Part shown: piece after piece, positions 28,599-38,458 of the stretch | Numbering within the stretch: position 1 is the stretch's first letter | Layout of the letters: the number at the start of each line of letters is the position of its first letter | Assembly (NCBI GenBank): GCA_963674755.2 | Contig: CAXXVS010000003.1 | Span: forward strand, 1,280,001 to 1,344,000 | DNA: 64,000 bases | Reading direction: 5' to 3' | From: Desulfobacterales bacterium | Lineage (GTDB): Bacteria; Desulfobacterota; Desulfobacteria; Desulfobacterales; UBA5852 | The notes under the pieces: model-generated | What the model was told of the DNA's origin: nothing | Seen by the model: the letters and a program-made list of their open reading frames with translations, nothing else | Database searches by the model: none | Position numbers and translations under genes: made by a program

Positions 28599-30933
28599 TC
28601 CGCCCAAAAGCGTCGCCATCTATGCCGCTAAAACCGTGCGGGGGCAGATCATTGCCCGGTCATTGGCCCTGTGCGGCATTGCGGTGAGCCTCGATACGCG
28701 GCCGGAAGCAGCCCTTGCCAGGATCGAAAAGGGCGAAGCCGGGCTCCTGCTGGTGGATGTCAACAATCACTTGCAGGCGGAAAGCGAACTCATTGGCTCC
28801 CTTGCCCGCCACCTGGCGGACAGTCTGCTGATCACGCATACGGATCCTCATGACCGGGCCACCCTGGAAGCGTTGGGCATCGATTCCCAAAATTGCATTG
28901 AGGGCCCCCTGGACCCGGAGCAGATCTATGTTGCCGTGGAGGCGTTTTTTGCCGCGGGGGGTGGTTCGGGGTCTGCCGCGCGCCAGCTCCATGGAAAACA
29001 GTGGCGCATGGGTGAGCGGGGTCGGAGGATGCGACGCCGGGCCGGTAAGGTATTCCAGCGCGCTTTGCAGGCTTCGGGTCACAGGGTCGGACGGTGGCGC
29101 ATGACCATCATGCCGTGGATGACGGCGCTGCGGCCGGTGCGTCATTTTCTCATGGTTACGGGTTTTCTGGCCGCCGGCGGGGCGGCCGGCTATCTCTTCT
29201 GGTGCCTCTCCACCCTGCCCGACATCGATCGCCTGAACCATTTCTCACCGTTCAAAGCCTCCAAGCTGTACTCCTATGACAACCAGCTTTTGGCCGAGCT
29301 CTACGAACAGCGGCGCACCCCGGTGGTCCTCAAGGACGTGCCGCCGCATGTGCGCAAGGCCTTCATCGCCGTGGAGGACGCCCGTTATTTCCAACACAGC
29401 GGTATTGATCCCATCCGTATTGCCGGAGCCCTGTGGGCGGATATCAAAGCCGGTGAATATCGTCAGGGCGGCAGCACCATCACCCAGCAGCTCTCCAAGA
29501 TGATCTTTCTGGAATCTGAGAAAACGATTACCCGCAAGATCAAGGAGATGGCCATCGCGATCCAGATGGAACGGCGCTATTCCAAGGACCGTATTCTGGA
29601 GCTCTACCTCAACCAGGCCTACTTCGGCAGTCAAACCTACGGACTCCAATCGGCCGCCGAAGCCTATTTCGGGAAATCGGTGGGGCAATTGACGCTGGCC
29701 GAAGGGGCCTTGCTGGCGGCCCTGCCCAAAGCGCCGAGCGCCTACTCCCCCTTCCAGAACCCCGAGCGATCGCGCTACCGGCGAAATTTCGTCCTGCAGC
29801 GCATGCAGGCCAACGGGTTGATCTCCCGGGCGGAGTGCCAGGCGGCCATGCAGGCGCCCCTGCCCACCGTGTTCCATGGCCGCGTCTTCCAATCGCCTTA
29901 TTTCGTCGACTTTTGTCAAAAACGTCTGGAAGAAACCTATGGCGACCGTCTCGCCACCAGTGGTCTCACGGTTTACACCACCCTCGATGCCCGGCTGCAG
30001 GCCGCCGCGGAAAGCGCTATTCAACACGGCGTGGGGGCGCTCGCGGAACGGGGAATCGCGAATGTCCAGACAGCTTTGGTGGCTCTGGCCCTCGACACGG
30101 GCCAGATCAAGGCGATGGTGGGCGGCACGGACTATGGCCGCACCCAGTTCAATCGTGCCACCCAGGCTCTGCGGCAGCCGGGTTCGGCCTTCAAACCGTT
30201 TGTTTATCTGGCGGCCTTGCAGAAAGGATTGCGACCGGATTCACGCATCCAGGATCTGCCGGTGGCCGTATCGGTGAACAACGGCCGGCAGACCTGGCGG
30301 CCCCGCAATTACACCGGGCGCTTCAGCGGCGAAGTGACCCTGAAAGAAGCCCTGACACGATCCCTCAACGCGGCAACCGTTCATCTGGCCCTGCAAGTGG
30401 GGCTCACGGACATCATTGAAACAGCCCGCCTGGTGGGGATTCAGAGCAAATTGCATGCGGTCTATCCGACGGTATTGGGGGCCTCGGAGGTGACCTTGCT
30501 CGAACTGGTGGCCGCCTATGGGGCCCTGGCCACCGGCCGGCGGATCGTGCCGGTTTGCATGGATCGGATTATCGACAAGGGGGCCGCCACCATCTGGGAC
30601 CCCGGCATCCCGCCGACCGCCATTCTGCCGGCTACCTCGGTTGCGGCGATCCGCGAGATGCTGGCCGCGGTGATCAGCGACGGAACGGCGCGGCGTGCCC
30701 TTAGCTTGGGGCGCCCGGTCTACGGCAAGACGGGCACCACCAATGGCAATGCCGATGCCTTGTTTGTCGGATTCGACGCATCGCTGGTGGTCGGGGTATG
30801 GGTGGGGCGGGACGATCGTCTTCCCATCGGACCCAAAGAAACCGGCGCTCGCGCGGCGCTGCCCATATGGATCGAATTCATGAAACGGGTTCCGGCCGCC
30901 GGGATGCGGATGGCCGCCGTCAACATTCGGTAG
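28588..30933 (+). CDS. Class A penicillin-binding protein (PBP1A family) with N-terminal receiver-like domain
   Basis: GT51 motifs EDARYFQHSG, GGSTITQQLSK, RKIKE, ILELYLN; transpeptidase SAFK, SLN, KTG; single TM; start overlaps the upstream stop. Confidence 0.92.
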   Translation: MKSDPPKSVAIYAAKTVRGQIIARSLALCGIAVSLDTRPEAALARIEKGEAGLLLVDVNNHLQAESELIGSLARHLADSLLITHTDPHDRATLEALGIDSQNCIEGPLDPEQIYVAVEAFFAAGGGSGSAARQLHGKQWRMGERGRRMRRRAGKVFQRALQASGHRVGRWRMTIMPWMTALRPVRHFLMVTGFLAAGGAAGYLFWCLSTLPDIDRLNHFSPFKASKLYSYDNQLLAELYEQRRTPVVLKDVPPHVRKAFIAVEDARYFQHSGIDPIRIAGALWADIKAGEYRQGGSTITQQLSKMIFLESEKTITRKIKEMAIAIQMERRYSKDRILELYLNQAYFGSQTYGLQSAAEAYFGKSVGQLTLAEGALLAALPKAPSAYSPFQNPERSRYRRNFVLQRMQANGLISRAECQAAMQAPLPTVFHGRVFQSPYFVDFCQKRLEETYGDRLATSGLTVYTTLDARLQAAAESAIQHGVGALAERGIANVQTALVALALDTGQIKAMVGGTDYGRTQFNRATQALRQPGSAFKPFVYLAALQKGLRPDSRIQDLPVAVSVNNGRQTWRPRNYTGRFSGEVTLKEALTRSLNAATVHLALQVGLTDIIETARLVGIQSKLHAVYPTVLGASEVTLLELVAAYGALATGRRIVPVCMDRIIDKGAATIWDPGIPPTAILPATSVAAIREMLAAVISDGTARRALSLGRPVYGKTGTTNGNADALFVGFDASLVVGVWVGRDDRLPIGPKETGARAALPIWIEFMKRVPAAGMRMAAVNIR

Positions 30934-30979
30934 CTGACGGGTTTGCCCGTGCCAACCCGCCGGTCGCTGTTTTCTGGTT

Positions 30980-31558
30980 TTAGATCGCCTTGGCTTGCGG
31001 AGCGATAGGCCCGCTCACGATGGATGCATGTGCGATCGCTTTCGTTGCCGGATCGGCATCCATGGCCGCGAAGGCGTCTGCCAGCTGGACCTGATTCCGG
31101 CCCCCGGTTTTGGCCTTATAGAGGGCCTGGCCGGCCCAGCCGACCAGCGCCTCCGCGGGCGTAAGGTGGTCGGGCACACCGCCGGCCACGCCCAGGCTGA
31201 CGGTGGCTTTCAAGATGGCCTGTCCGCTCTTCAACCGATGGGCCGCTATTTCCTGCCGCAGGGATTCCGCCAGGACGGCGGCATCTTCCAGCGGTGTGCC
31301 CGGGAGCAGGATGGCAAATTCCTCGCCGCCATAGCGGGCGATCACATCGGTGCAGCGTTTAAAGGACGTCCGCAGGATGCCGCAAAATAGGAATGCCAGC
31401 CAGGCCGGGTAGGCGATGGAAGGCTGCTGCTGGTGGAAGCCCGTCGCGAAGACGATAATGCTCCAGATGGCCACATAGACCGGAATCCCGGGGATCGAGC
31501 GTTCCACCAGATCCCGGGACAATCGTTCCCTGAATTGCGCTTTCAGACCGTGTGTCAT
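30980..31558 (-). pseudogene. Internally deleted membrane diguanylate cyclase
   Basis: Two N-terminal TM segments joined directly to DVIARYGGEEF...ATVSLGV...ALYKAKTGGRN; the N-terminal half of the GGDEF domain is absent. Confidence 0.75.
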
Positions 31559-31621
31559 ATGTTGTCTATACCGGTTTCCGCTGCACCGGTTCCCCTTTTG
31601 ACACCATTGCGCGAGGTTGCC

Positions 31622-32098
31622 ATGGACCAGGATTCCCCGAAACCTGCCGGGACCGTTATCGCCCTCTCCGTGAGCAAATCCAAAGGTGAGAAAAAAAGCA
31701 ATATCGACTCCGGCCGGTTTATCGTAAATCACGGCCTGGCAGGCGATGCCCATGCCGCCGACTGGCACCGTCAGGTTAGTTTGCTGGGCGTCGAGAGCAT
31801 TGCCAAAATTCAGGCGGCCGGCATGGATGTGACGCCCGGTAATTTCGCTGAAAACGTGACCACCGCCGGGTTGCGCCTTTGGGAGCTGCCCATCGGCACC
31901 CGGCTCCACCTCGGCGACGAGGTCCGGCTCGCGGTCACCCAGATCGGCAAGACCTGCCATCGACGCTGTCAGATCTTTCATCAGGTCGGCGACTGCGTGA
32001 TGCCCCGCGAAGGCATTTTCGCCAGGGTGCTGCAAGGGGGCACGGTTCGGGTCGGCGATGCCATTGCGATCGTTGATGGGGCGTCTGACCCACAATAA
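31622..32098 (+). CDS. MOSC domain protein
   Basis: GLAGDAHA..WHRQVSLL, PGNFAENVTT, QIGKTCH..C, DCVMPREGIF. Confidence 0.9.
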   Translation: MDQDSPKPAGTVIALSVSKSKGEKKSNIDSGRFIVNHGLAGDAHAADWHRQVSLLGVESIAKIQAAGMDVTPGNFAENVTTAGLRLWELPIGTRLHLGDEVRLAVTQIGKTCHRRCQIFHQVGDCVMPREGIFARVLQGGTVRVGDAIAIVDGASDPQ

Positions 32099-32237
32099 CG
32101 CCTCCCGTTGAGGGGCTCCCGCCCTAGGTTGTCATAAATCCTATCGGTTGTTTGGCGGTTAGGCTTGATTGGAAAATTCAGATCGTAATTGACGCGCAGG
32201 ATAATGAGGGGCGTTTATTCCTGTTGGAGGTTGCGGG

Positions 32238-32891
32238 ATGTCGAAAGCAAACCCCATGGAAACACTTGCAGCAACGGTGCTCAATTCCCTTTCAGCCCAT
32301 ATCGCCATCCTGGACGCCGATGGCGTCATCCTGGAAACCAATGAGGCCTGGCGCAGGTTTGCAGCGGAAAGCAGCGCTGCAACGGATACCGAACAGGGCA
32401 TGGGGATGAACTACCTTTCCATCTGCGATGCCGCCCAAGGCCCGGGGTCCCGCGATGCCCAACGGGTGGCGGAGGGCATCCGGCAGGTGATCCGGGGCGA
32501 TCTAGGCGAATTCCTCTATGACTATCCCTGCCACTCACCATCCGGCAAGCACTGGTACTACATGCGGGCGGTCCGTAGCGCCGGTGAGGATCCCCTGCGG
32601 GTGGTGGTCAGCCATGAGGACATTACCGCCTTGAAGCTGACCGAAGAGGCGCTGCGCCGCAGCCGCCAGGCCCTGAACGAGCAGGCCCGTAGTCTCGAGG
32701 AATCCAACATTGCCCTCAAGGTCTTGCTGGATCAGCGGGACAAGGACCGGGAAGCGCTGAAGCGCAAAGTGCTGTCGAACGTCAAAGGTTTGGTGATGCC
32801 CTATGTTGCGAAATTGAAGGGCGCACGCCTGAACCCCCCCGAGCGTACCCTGGTCGAGATCGTGGAATCCCATCTCCTGACCATGTCTTGA
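32238..32891 (+). CDS. PAS-domain protein, probably a truncated PAS-LuxR regulator
   Basis: PAS_4-like (AILDADGVI..NEAW, YPCHSP) plus LEESNIALKVLL coiled coil; stops where an HTH usually follows. Confidence 0.65.
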   Translation: MSKANPMETLAATVLNSLSAHIAILDADGVILETNEAWRRFAAESSAATDTEQGMGMNYLSICDAAQGPGSRDAQRVAEGIRQVIRGDLGEFLYDYPCHSPSGKHWYYMRAVRSAGEDPLRVVVSHEDITALKLTEEALRRSRQALNEQARSLEESNIALKVLLDQRDKDREALKRKVLSNVKGLVMPYVAKLKGARLNPPERTLVEIVESHLLTMS

Positions 32892-33023
32892 GGCAAGAAG
32901 GGTGGGAGGATTACAGGGCTGACAAAGATCGAGAAATGTGTATTGAATCTATGTGTTAGGGGCTTAGGGATGATCCGCAATCAACAAAACCCTTGCGCTT
33001 AAAATAGGTGGATACTAGTTTTT

Positions 33024-33081
33024 AGCATCCAGCATCCAGCATCCAGCATCCAGCATCCAGCATCCAGCATCCAGCATCCAG
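33024..33081 (+). repeat. Heptamer tandem repeat (AGCATCC)x8
   Basis: Eight perfect copies plus AG. Confidence 0.97.
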
Positions 33082-33098
33082 AGAAATCCGCAAGGATC

Positions 33099-34298
33099 TC
33101 AGATGTCCAGCCGGTCAGATCGCAGGGCGTAGGCCATGGCGATGCCGATCACGAAACCCACCGCCAGATTGATGGCCAGGGTGATGCCCAGTATGGTGAG
33201 GGCCACGAAAAGATCCTTGCGGGCTTTGACGTCCATGACGGTCAAGGCCAGCTGACTGCCGGCAAACAGCAGCATGACGCCCAGAACGGCCATGGGAATG
33301 AGATAGATCACGGCCAGGGCATGAACGCCCAGAAGAACGGCCAGCAGGATGAAGACCGCCCCGATGATCAGGTTGGAGCCGGCCGTGCGGGCCCCGAAGC
33401 GGTAGTGGGCGGCCAGTCCTCCGGCCCCATGGCAGATGGGCATGCCACCCAGCACAGCGCTGGCCAGGTTGGCGAACGCCATGCTGATGGTCAGGGCCCG
33501 ATAGGTCACCCGGCGGGAAGCTTGGCCGAAGTATTCCTGTGACAGGTCGGCGTTGGCCACGACGGCATTGCCAAGGGTCATGGGCAGCTGGGGCAGGACC
33601 AGCACAAAAAGCGCCATGGCCCAGTCGGTTTGATCCGGCCAGCCGAAGGGCAGCCAGTGCGGCAGGTTCAATCCGACTTCCAGCCGGTTGAATCCGTCGT
33701 GGGTGCCGAGGATCAGGCCCACGACGGCGCCGCCCAATATCACCATCAGCCCGGCCGGAAAGCGCCGGTCGCTGACAAACCGCATGACGATCCCTCCGGC
33801 CAGGATGCCCAGGAAAATGCCGATGGGGATGCCGCCAAGGGCTTGGAGGCTGAGATGGGGTTCAGCCGTCCCGGCCATGGCCTGGAATTTGGACTGCCCC
33901 ACGATGAAGCGGGTTCCCTCCGTCATGAGCAGCACCCCGGTGGAGAGCTGCACGCCCCGGATAACGGCTTTGGGGGTGTAGCGGCCGATGACGTCGACCA
34001 GCCCCGTCACCCCGACGAGAAACAGCAGCCCGGCCATCCAAAAGCCGGAGGCGGCGATTTCCTGGGCGGACAGTCCGGTGGCGATGGCGTAGGCGCCGAT
34101 GACCTTCATGGGTTGGACCGGCACCGTAACGCCGAAATACAGGCCGGAGCCGATGTAGAACAGACCGATGGTGAGCAAAAGCCCCATGGGATCGAGGCCG
34201 TTGATCAAGATCATGCCGATCAGCATGGGGAGCAGGGTGCCCAGGTCGCCGAGGGAGCCGGCGAACTCCAGGCGGTTGAACGCAAAGCGCTGCGACAT
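33099..34298 (-). CDS. Putative molybdate/sulfate transporter (MOT1 family)
   Basis: GSLGDLGTLLP, PVQPMK, QLPMTLGNAV, PICHGAGGLAAHYRFGART. Confidence 0.9.
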   Translation of the reverse strand: MSQRFAFNRLEFAGSLGDLGTLLPMLIGMILINGLDPMGLLLTIGLFYIGSGLYFGVTVPVQPMKVIGAYAIATGLSAQEIAASGFWMAGLLFLVGVTGLVDVIGRYTPKAVIRGVQLSTGVLLMTEGTRFIVGQSKFQAMAGTAEPHLSLQALGGIPIGIFLGILAGGIVMRFVSDRRFPAGLMVILGGAVVGLILGTHDGFNRLEVGLNLPHWLPFGWPDQTDWAMALFVLVLPQLPMTLGNAVVANADLSQEYFGQASRRVTYRALTISMAFANLASAVLGGMPICHGAGGLAAHYRFGARTAGSNLIIGAVFILLAVLLGVHALAVIYLIPMAVLGVMLLFAGSQLALTVMDVKARKDLFVALTILGITLAINLAVGFVIGIAMAYALRSDRLDI

Positions 34299-34375
34299 CG
34301 TCTACTCCTGCTGAGGGTTCACCCTATAGCGATATATGATCTATCGATCATTTCTACTGTGCTTTAGGGGGAAAA

Positions 34376-35224
34376 TCAATTGCTATGGTGGTTGTCTCCC
34401 GGAGGGGCTATCGGAAACCCATGGGCAGTCATAAAGTTCCGCATAAGAACAGCCAGTTGACGGGGACGCTCGATCGGCAACGCATGGCCGGTATCCGGTA
34501 CGACGGCCAGAGTCGCCTCAGGGAGAGCGGCAACCATGGCGGCGGCCTGGGCCGGATCGGCGATCGCGTCCTGTTCGCCGCAAGCCACCAGCACCGGGAT
34601 GGCGATTTCCCCCAACCGGCGCATGACAGACGGCCGTGCCCCTACGGCATGGAGCGCGTGCAGGAGCGCGTGTTTGGGCATGGCACGCCATCGGCGGCAC
34701 CAGGCGGCGGCGCATTCGGGGTTGGCTGCGCGGAATTGCGGGCTGAAAAAGCCTTCGGCCGCGATCCGGAGCATTCCCTTGCGGAGGCCGGTGAACCGGA
34801 TCGCGAGGGCCAGTGATTCCAGTTGGGCCTTGCGTTTCGGCGCTTCTTCTTCCGCCGAGGTGGCGATCAGCACCATGGCGCTGATGCGATGGGGTGCGAG
34901 GAGGGCCGCCTGCAAGGCGGCCATGCCGCCCAGACTATGGCCCACCAGCGCCGTCCGCTCAAGGCCAAGGCGGTCCATCACCGTCAGGATGTCGCCGGCG
35001 ATATCCTTCACGGACCAGGGACGGCGGGAATCGTCACTGCCACCATGCCCCCTGAGCGCCATCCTAACGACGCGAAAAGAAGGCGATAATTCATGGGACA
35101 AATCATCGAACATATGATGATCGCACCCCAGGCCGTGAAGACAGAGCAGCGGCTGCCCCCGACCGGATTCAATAACCCGGAGGGCGAGACCCTGCGATAT
35201 GATGCGGTATTCTTTTTGATCCAT
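34376..35224 (-). CDS. Alpha/beta hydrolase (PcaD-like)
   Basis: LHGLG, LRGHGGS, GHSLGG nucleophile elbow, GEQD, GH; start at MDQKEY inferred. Confidence 0.88.
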   Translation of the reverse strand: MDQKEYRIISQGLALRVIESGRGQPLLCLHGLGCDHHMFDDLSHELSPSFRVVRMALRGHGGSDDSRRPWSVKDIAGDILTVMDRLGLERTALVGHSLGGMAALQAALLAPHRISAMVLIATSAEEEAPKRKAQLESLALAIRFTGLRKGMLRIAAEGFFSPQFRAANPECAAAWCRRWRAMPKHALLHALHAVGARPSVMRRLGEIAIPVLVACGEQDAIADPAQAAAMVAALPEATLAVVPDTGHALPIERPRQLAVLMRNFMTAHGFPIAPPGDNHHSN

Positions 35225-35457
35225 CCCGACGACAGAGAAATGGTTGTGGAAAGACACCGCCAAAGACTGACTGGGGAGCGTCCGCCTTCCGACAATTCCT
35301 TCCGGATCATCGACAAGGCCGGTCCCAATTATGGGTTCAGATCAATGCGGCGCCGATCGCATGGGAGGGCCGGCCGGCGACGATCAGTCTCATCCGGGAC
35401 ATTACGGAACAGCGGCGGCTGGAAGAGCCACTGCGACAATCACAGAAAATCGAATCC
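35217..35457 (+). pseudogene. Frameshifted fragment duplicated from the PAS region of the kinase at 42444-44471
   Basis: Visibly colinear with ~43108-43349 (gacgacagagaaatggttgt...cagaaaatcgaatcc), with a 1-nt deletion near 35327. Confidence 0.85.
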
Positions 35458-35531
35458 CGCAACCGCTAAACCATAGACGGCGTCCACCCCCTTCGGCCAA
35501 TAACTGTGGTTTGGAGGCCTCGTCACGATTC

Positions 35532-37985
35532 TCACCCCAGGTTTTTTGCAAGAACCCTTCGGATCGCATCTGTCAGTCGATAGGCATTAATCGGTTTTAT
35601 GATCAACTCCGATATGCCCGTGTCGCGGGCCGCCCTTTCAATGGTTTCGCTAATAAATCCGGAGGTAAGAATCACCGGAATCGATATCCCGGCTTCTCTA
35701 AGCGCCTTCGCAATCTCCAGCCCGGTGATTTGCGGCATGGCATAGTCGGTAATCACGATGTCAAAGGCGAGCGGATGTTTTTTTAGGACCCTCAGTGCCG
35801 TCACGCCATCGGTAAAAGCGGTCACGCTGTAGCCGATATTGCTCAGGATCGACTGAATCACCGTGGCGATGGCTTTTTCATCGTCGATGACGGCAATCTT
35901 TTCGGTTCCCGGCTTTAGCAAGGGCACGATTTGGGATCCTCCGGCCACCTCGACATCGCTGACGGGGAAAAAGATATCGAAACGCGTGCCCTTCCCGACA
36001 GTGCTGCGCGCCGTAATGATCCCACCGATTTTCTTGACAATGCCGTGGACGACGGAAAGCCCCAAGCCGGTGCCTTCTCCTTGCGTTTTAGTTGTAAAAA
36101 ACGGCAGAAATATTTGGTCAAGGACCTCCGGGGCGATACCCGCCCCCGTATCGGACACTCCCAACCGAAGGTGCTTGCCCTGTTTGACATCGGGATGCGT
36201 CTTGGTGAATGTTTCATCAAGGAAAACATCGTCAAGGGCCAATGTGATGGTACCGCGGCTTTCCCCGATGGCATGCACGGCATTCGTGAAGAGGTTCATG
36301 ACGACTTGATGGATCTGCGTCGGCTCGGCCAAAATAGCGGCATCGCTGGTTAGGTCCGCTTCGATATGGATCGTGGCCGGTATGGAAGCACGCAGCAGTT
36401 TCAGGGCTTCTTTTAGAACCGGCTTGACCGAGATGGGTCTGAGCTCGACTTCGGTCTGTCGGCTGAACGTCAGGATTTGGTTCACGAGCTCGCGCGCCCT
36501 TTCCGAAGCACGAATGATCTCCCGCATGTAATATTCAGTTTCCGGATCGTTGCCTTCCGCCATCAACGACAGCTCGGCATAGCCGAATATCCCGCTCAAG
36601 ATATTGTTGAAGTCATGGGCGATCCCCCCGGCCAGGGTGCCGATGGCTTCTAACTTCTGTGCCTGCTGCAACCGTTTTTCAGACATCAATTCGCTGCTGA
36701 TATCCCGCCCGATTTCAAGATAGCCGCCGATCGCCCCGCTGGCGTCCCGCAAAGGCACGAACATGACATCGAGGGTAACGGTGCCGTTGTCGTCTCTTTT
36801 GAGTTGCATCCGGCCTGACCATGGAATCCCGGATTCAAGCGCTTCCCAAATTTCTTCGGCGGAAATGTTGCCGGCCCCGCTGAGGTCGGGCTCCGTTCCA
36901 ATGAGTCTCTCCGGTTTCGACCCGGCGATTTTGCCAAACGCCGGGTTAGCAAAAACGATCCGGCGATCGACACCGATTTGCAGAATCATTTCGGTCGAAT
37001 GCTGCGTCACTTGATTCACCATCTCCATCACTTCCTGAACGGGCGTACTGATTCGGTTCGTATAGATGTTGATGGTTGCGACGATGACAAGGCAGAAAAC
37101 CGCCCCGCAGACGACAATCAAGGACAGGACTTTCGTCACCGGAGACATGACCTCATATTGGTCCTGCGAAAAAACAACCGTCCAGCCGGTGAGGGCCACA
37201 TCGGTTAATGCGACGATCTTTTCCGATCCCTTGAACCGATAGGATGTGGCGCCGGTCGCCCGGGCCGCCACTAATTTTTTGATCTCCTCCGTGCCGGGTA
37301 GATCCAGGAGACGCAATTTGAAATTATAGTCCTTGTTCGGGTGCATCAGAACGAGGCCGTCCGAATCAATGAGAAAGGTGAATCCGGTGCTTCCGACGCT
37401 TCCATGGGCAAGGTTATTGACGACAAAATCGCTGTTGAAAGGGATGCCGACGACTCCGTAAAAGGCCTCCTTTTCTCGGATGGGGGCGCAGACAACAATG
37501 ATTGCCTCATTTAGTGTGGCAATTCCTTTAGATAACAGGGGGCCTCCCACATTGGCCTGGCCCTGTTTGGCTTTGAGAAAATAATCCCGGTCCGATAGGT
37601 CGAGACCGATTTGTTGGTGGGAATGGGCATTTGCCCTGGTAATACCGTTTTGGTCCAGCAGGAAGATTGTGAAATAGTCGCTGCCGATGCCCTGGTAGAC
37701 GGACTCCAGTTCTTTTTGGGCGGCTGTGTAATCGCCGTTCCTGGAGGCCGCAATGACATCCGGATCGGCCGCTATGCTACGTGCAAGCTCGATTTTCTGT
37801 GTGAGGAGCGCCCCGATGTGATCGGCGACATCCTCGACATTATGCACCGCTCTATCCGCAGTGATCGCCACAAGGGATTCGGACAGCTGCAAATAGACGA
37901 TCAGCCCGATGCAGAAAAAGGGAATCAGGACCGCGGTGATCCCCCCCACTATCATCCGGGTTTTCAAGGTCTTGCTGTTGATCAT
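35532..37985 (-). CDS. Hybrid histidine kinase (Cache-PAS-HisKA-HATPase-REC), paralog 1
   Basis: GIAHDFNN, NLFTNA, DTGAG, PFFTTK, GTGLGL, REC (DDE, ITD, KP). Confidence 0.93.
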   Translation of the reverse strand: MINSKTLKTRMIVGGITAVLIPFFCIGLIVYLQLSESLVAITADRAVHNVEDVADHIGALLTQKIELARSIAADPDVIAASRNGDYTAAQKELESVYQGIGSDYFTIFLLDQNGITRANAHSHQQIGLDLSDRDYFLKAKQGQANVGGPLLSKGIATLNEAIIVVCAPIREKEAFYGVVGIPFNSDFVVNNLAHGSVGSTGFTFLIDSDGLVLMHPNKDYNFKLRLLDLPGTEEIKKLVAARATGATSYRFKGSEKIVALTDVALTGWTVVFSQDQYEVMSPVTKVLSLIVVCGAVFCLVIVATINIYTNRISTPVQEVMEMVNQVTQHSTEMILQIGVDRRIVFANPAFGKIAGSKPERLIGTEPDLSGAGNISAEEIWEALESGIPWSGRMQLKRDDNGTVTLDVMFVPLRDASGAIGGYLEIGRDISSELMSEKRLQQAQKLEAIGTLAGGIAHDFNNILSGIFGYAELSLMAEGNDPETEYYMREIIRASERARELVNQILTFSRQTEVELRPISVKPVLKEALKLLRASIPATIHIEADLTSDAAILAEPTQIHQVVMNLFTNAVHAIGESRGTITLALDDVFLDETFTKTHPDVKQGKHLRLGVSDTGAGIAPEVLDQIFLPFFTTKTQGEGTGLGLSVVHGIVKKIGGIITARSTVGKGTRFDIFFPVSDVEVAGGSQIVPLLKPGTEKIAVIDDEKAIATVIQSILSNIGYSVTAFTDGVTALRVLKKHPLAFDIVITDYAMPQITGLEIAKALREAGISIPVILTSGFISETIERAARDTGISELIIKPINAYRLTDAIRRVLAKNLG

Positions 37986-38054
37986 GGTTGCTCCGGGATT
38001 AAACCAGGTTATCGGCAGCGCCTAGCGCGTATTGGGTTCATATCGGTTGGGCCT

Positions 38055-38458
38055 CTATTTTACTTGACCCCCCGGTGAGCCTGCCGGACCAATGGAGCCG
38101 CCCACGACCCGGTTAGGCGCGACTGCCAGCGCCCTTCCTTCTTCCCGCAAGGCGCGGCGCAGAATTTTGCCGACGGCGGATTTCGGCTGCTCTTTGCGGA
38201 ATACGACGGTTTTGGGGGCCTTGTAGGCCGCCAGCTTCTGGCGGCAAAATTCGATGACCTTCTCTTCGGTCAGCTCGACAGCCGCACGGGGGACGACAAA
38301 GGCCTTTACGGTTTCGCCCCGGTAGGCGTCCGGCACCCCTATGGTGCAGGTATCGACGATATCCGGATGCTGAGAAAATGGTAGGCGGATACCTGGGGAT
38401 AACGGATCGTCGCGGGAACGTCGAAATCATAATGCCGCTGCCAAGGTCGAGCATTCAT
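38055..38458 (-). pseudogene. Long-chain acyl-CoA ligase remnant with large out-of-frame internal deletion
   Basis: AGGAGG RBS and MNARPWQRHYDFDVPATIRYP N-terminus joined in another frame to QHPDIV...GVPDAYRGETVKAF...LAAYKAP...GKILRRALRE. Confidence 0.85.

Noticed and set aside
30980..32095. 371-aa ORF as one protein
   Set aside because: Its first half is antisense to the MOSC gene; only 30980-31558 is a real (deleted) gene
33024..33081. CRISPR array
   Set aside because: Tandem heptamers without spacers; no cas genes in the window
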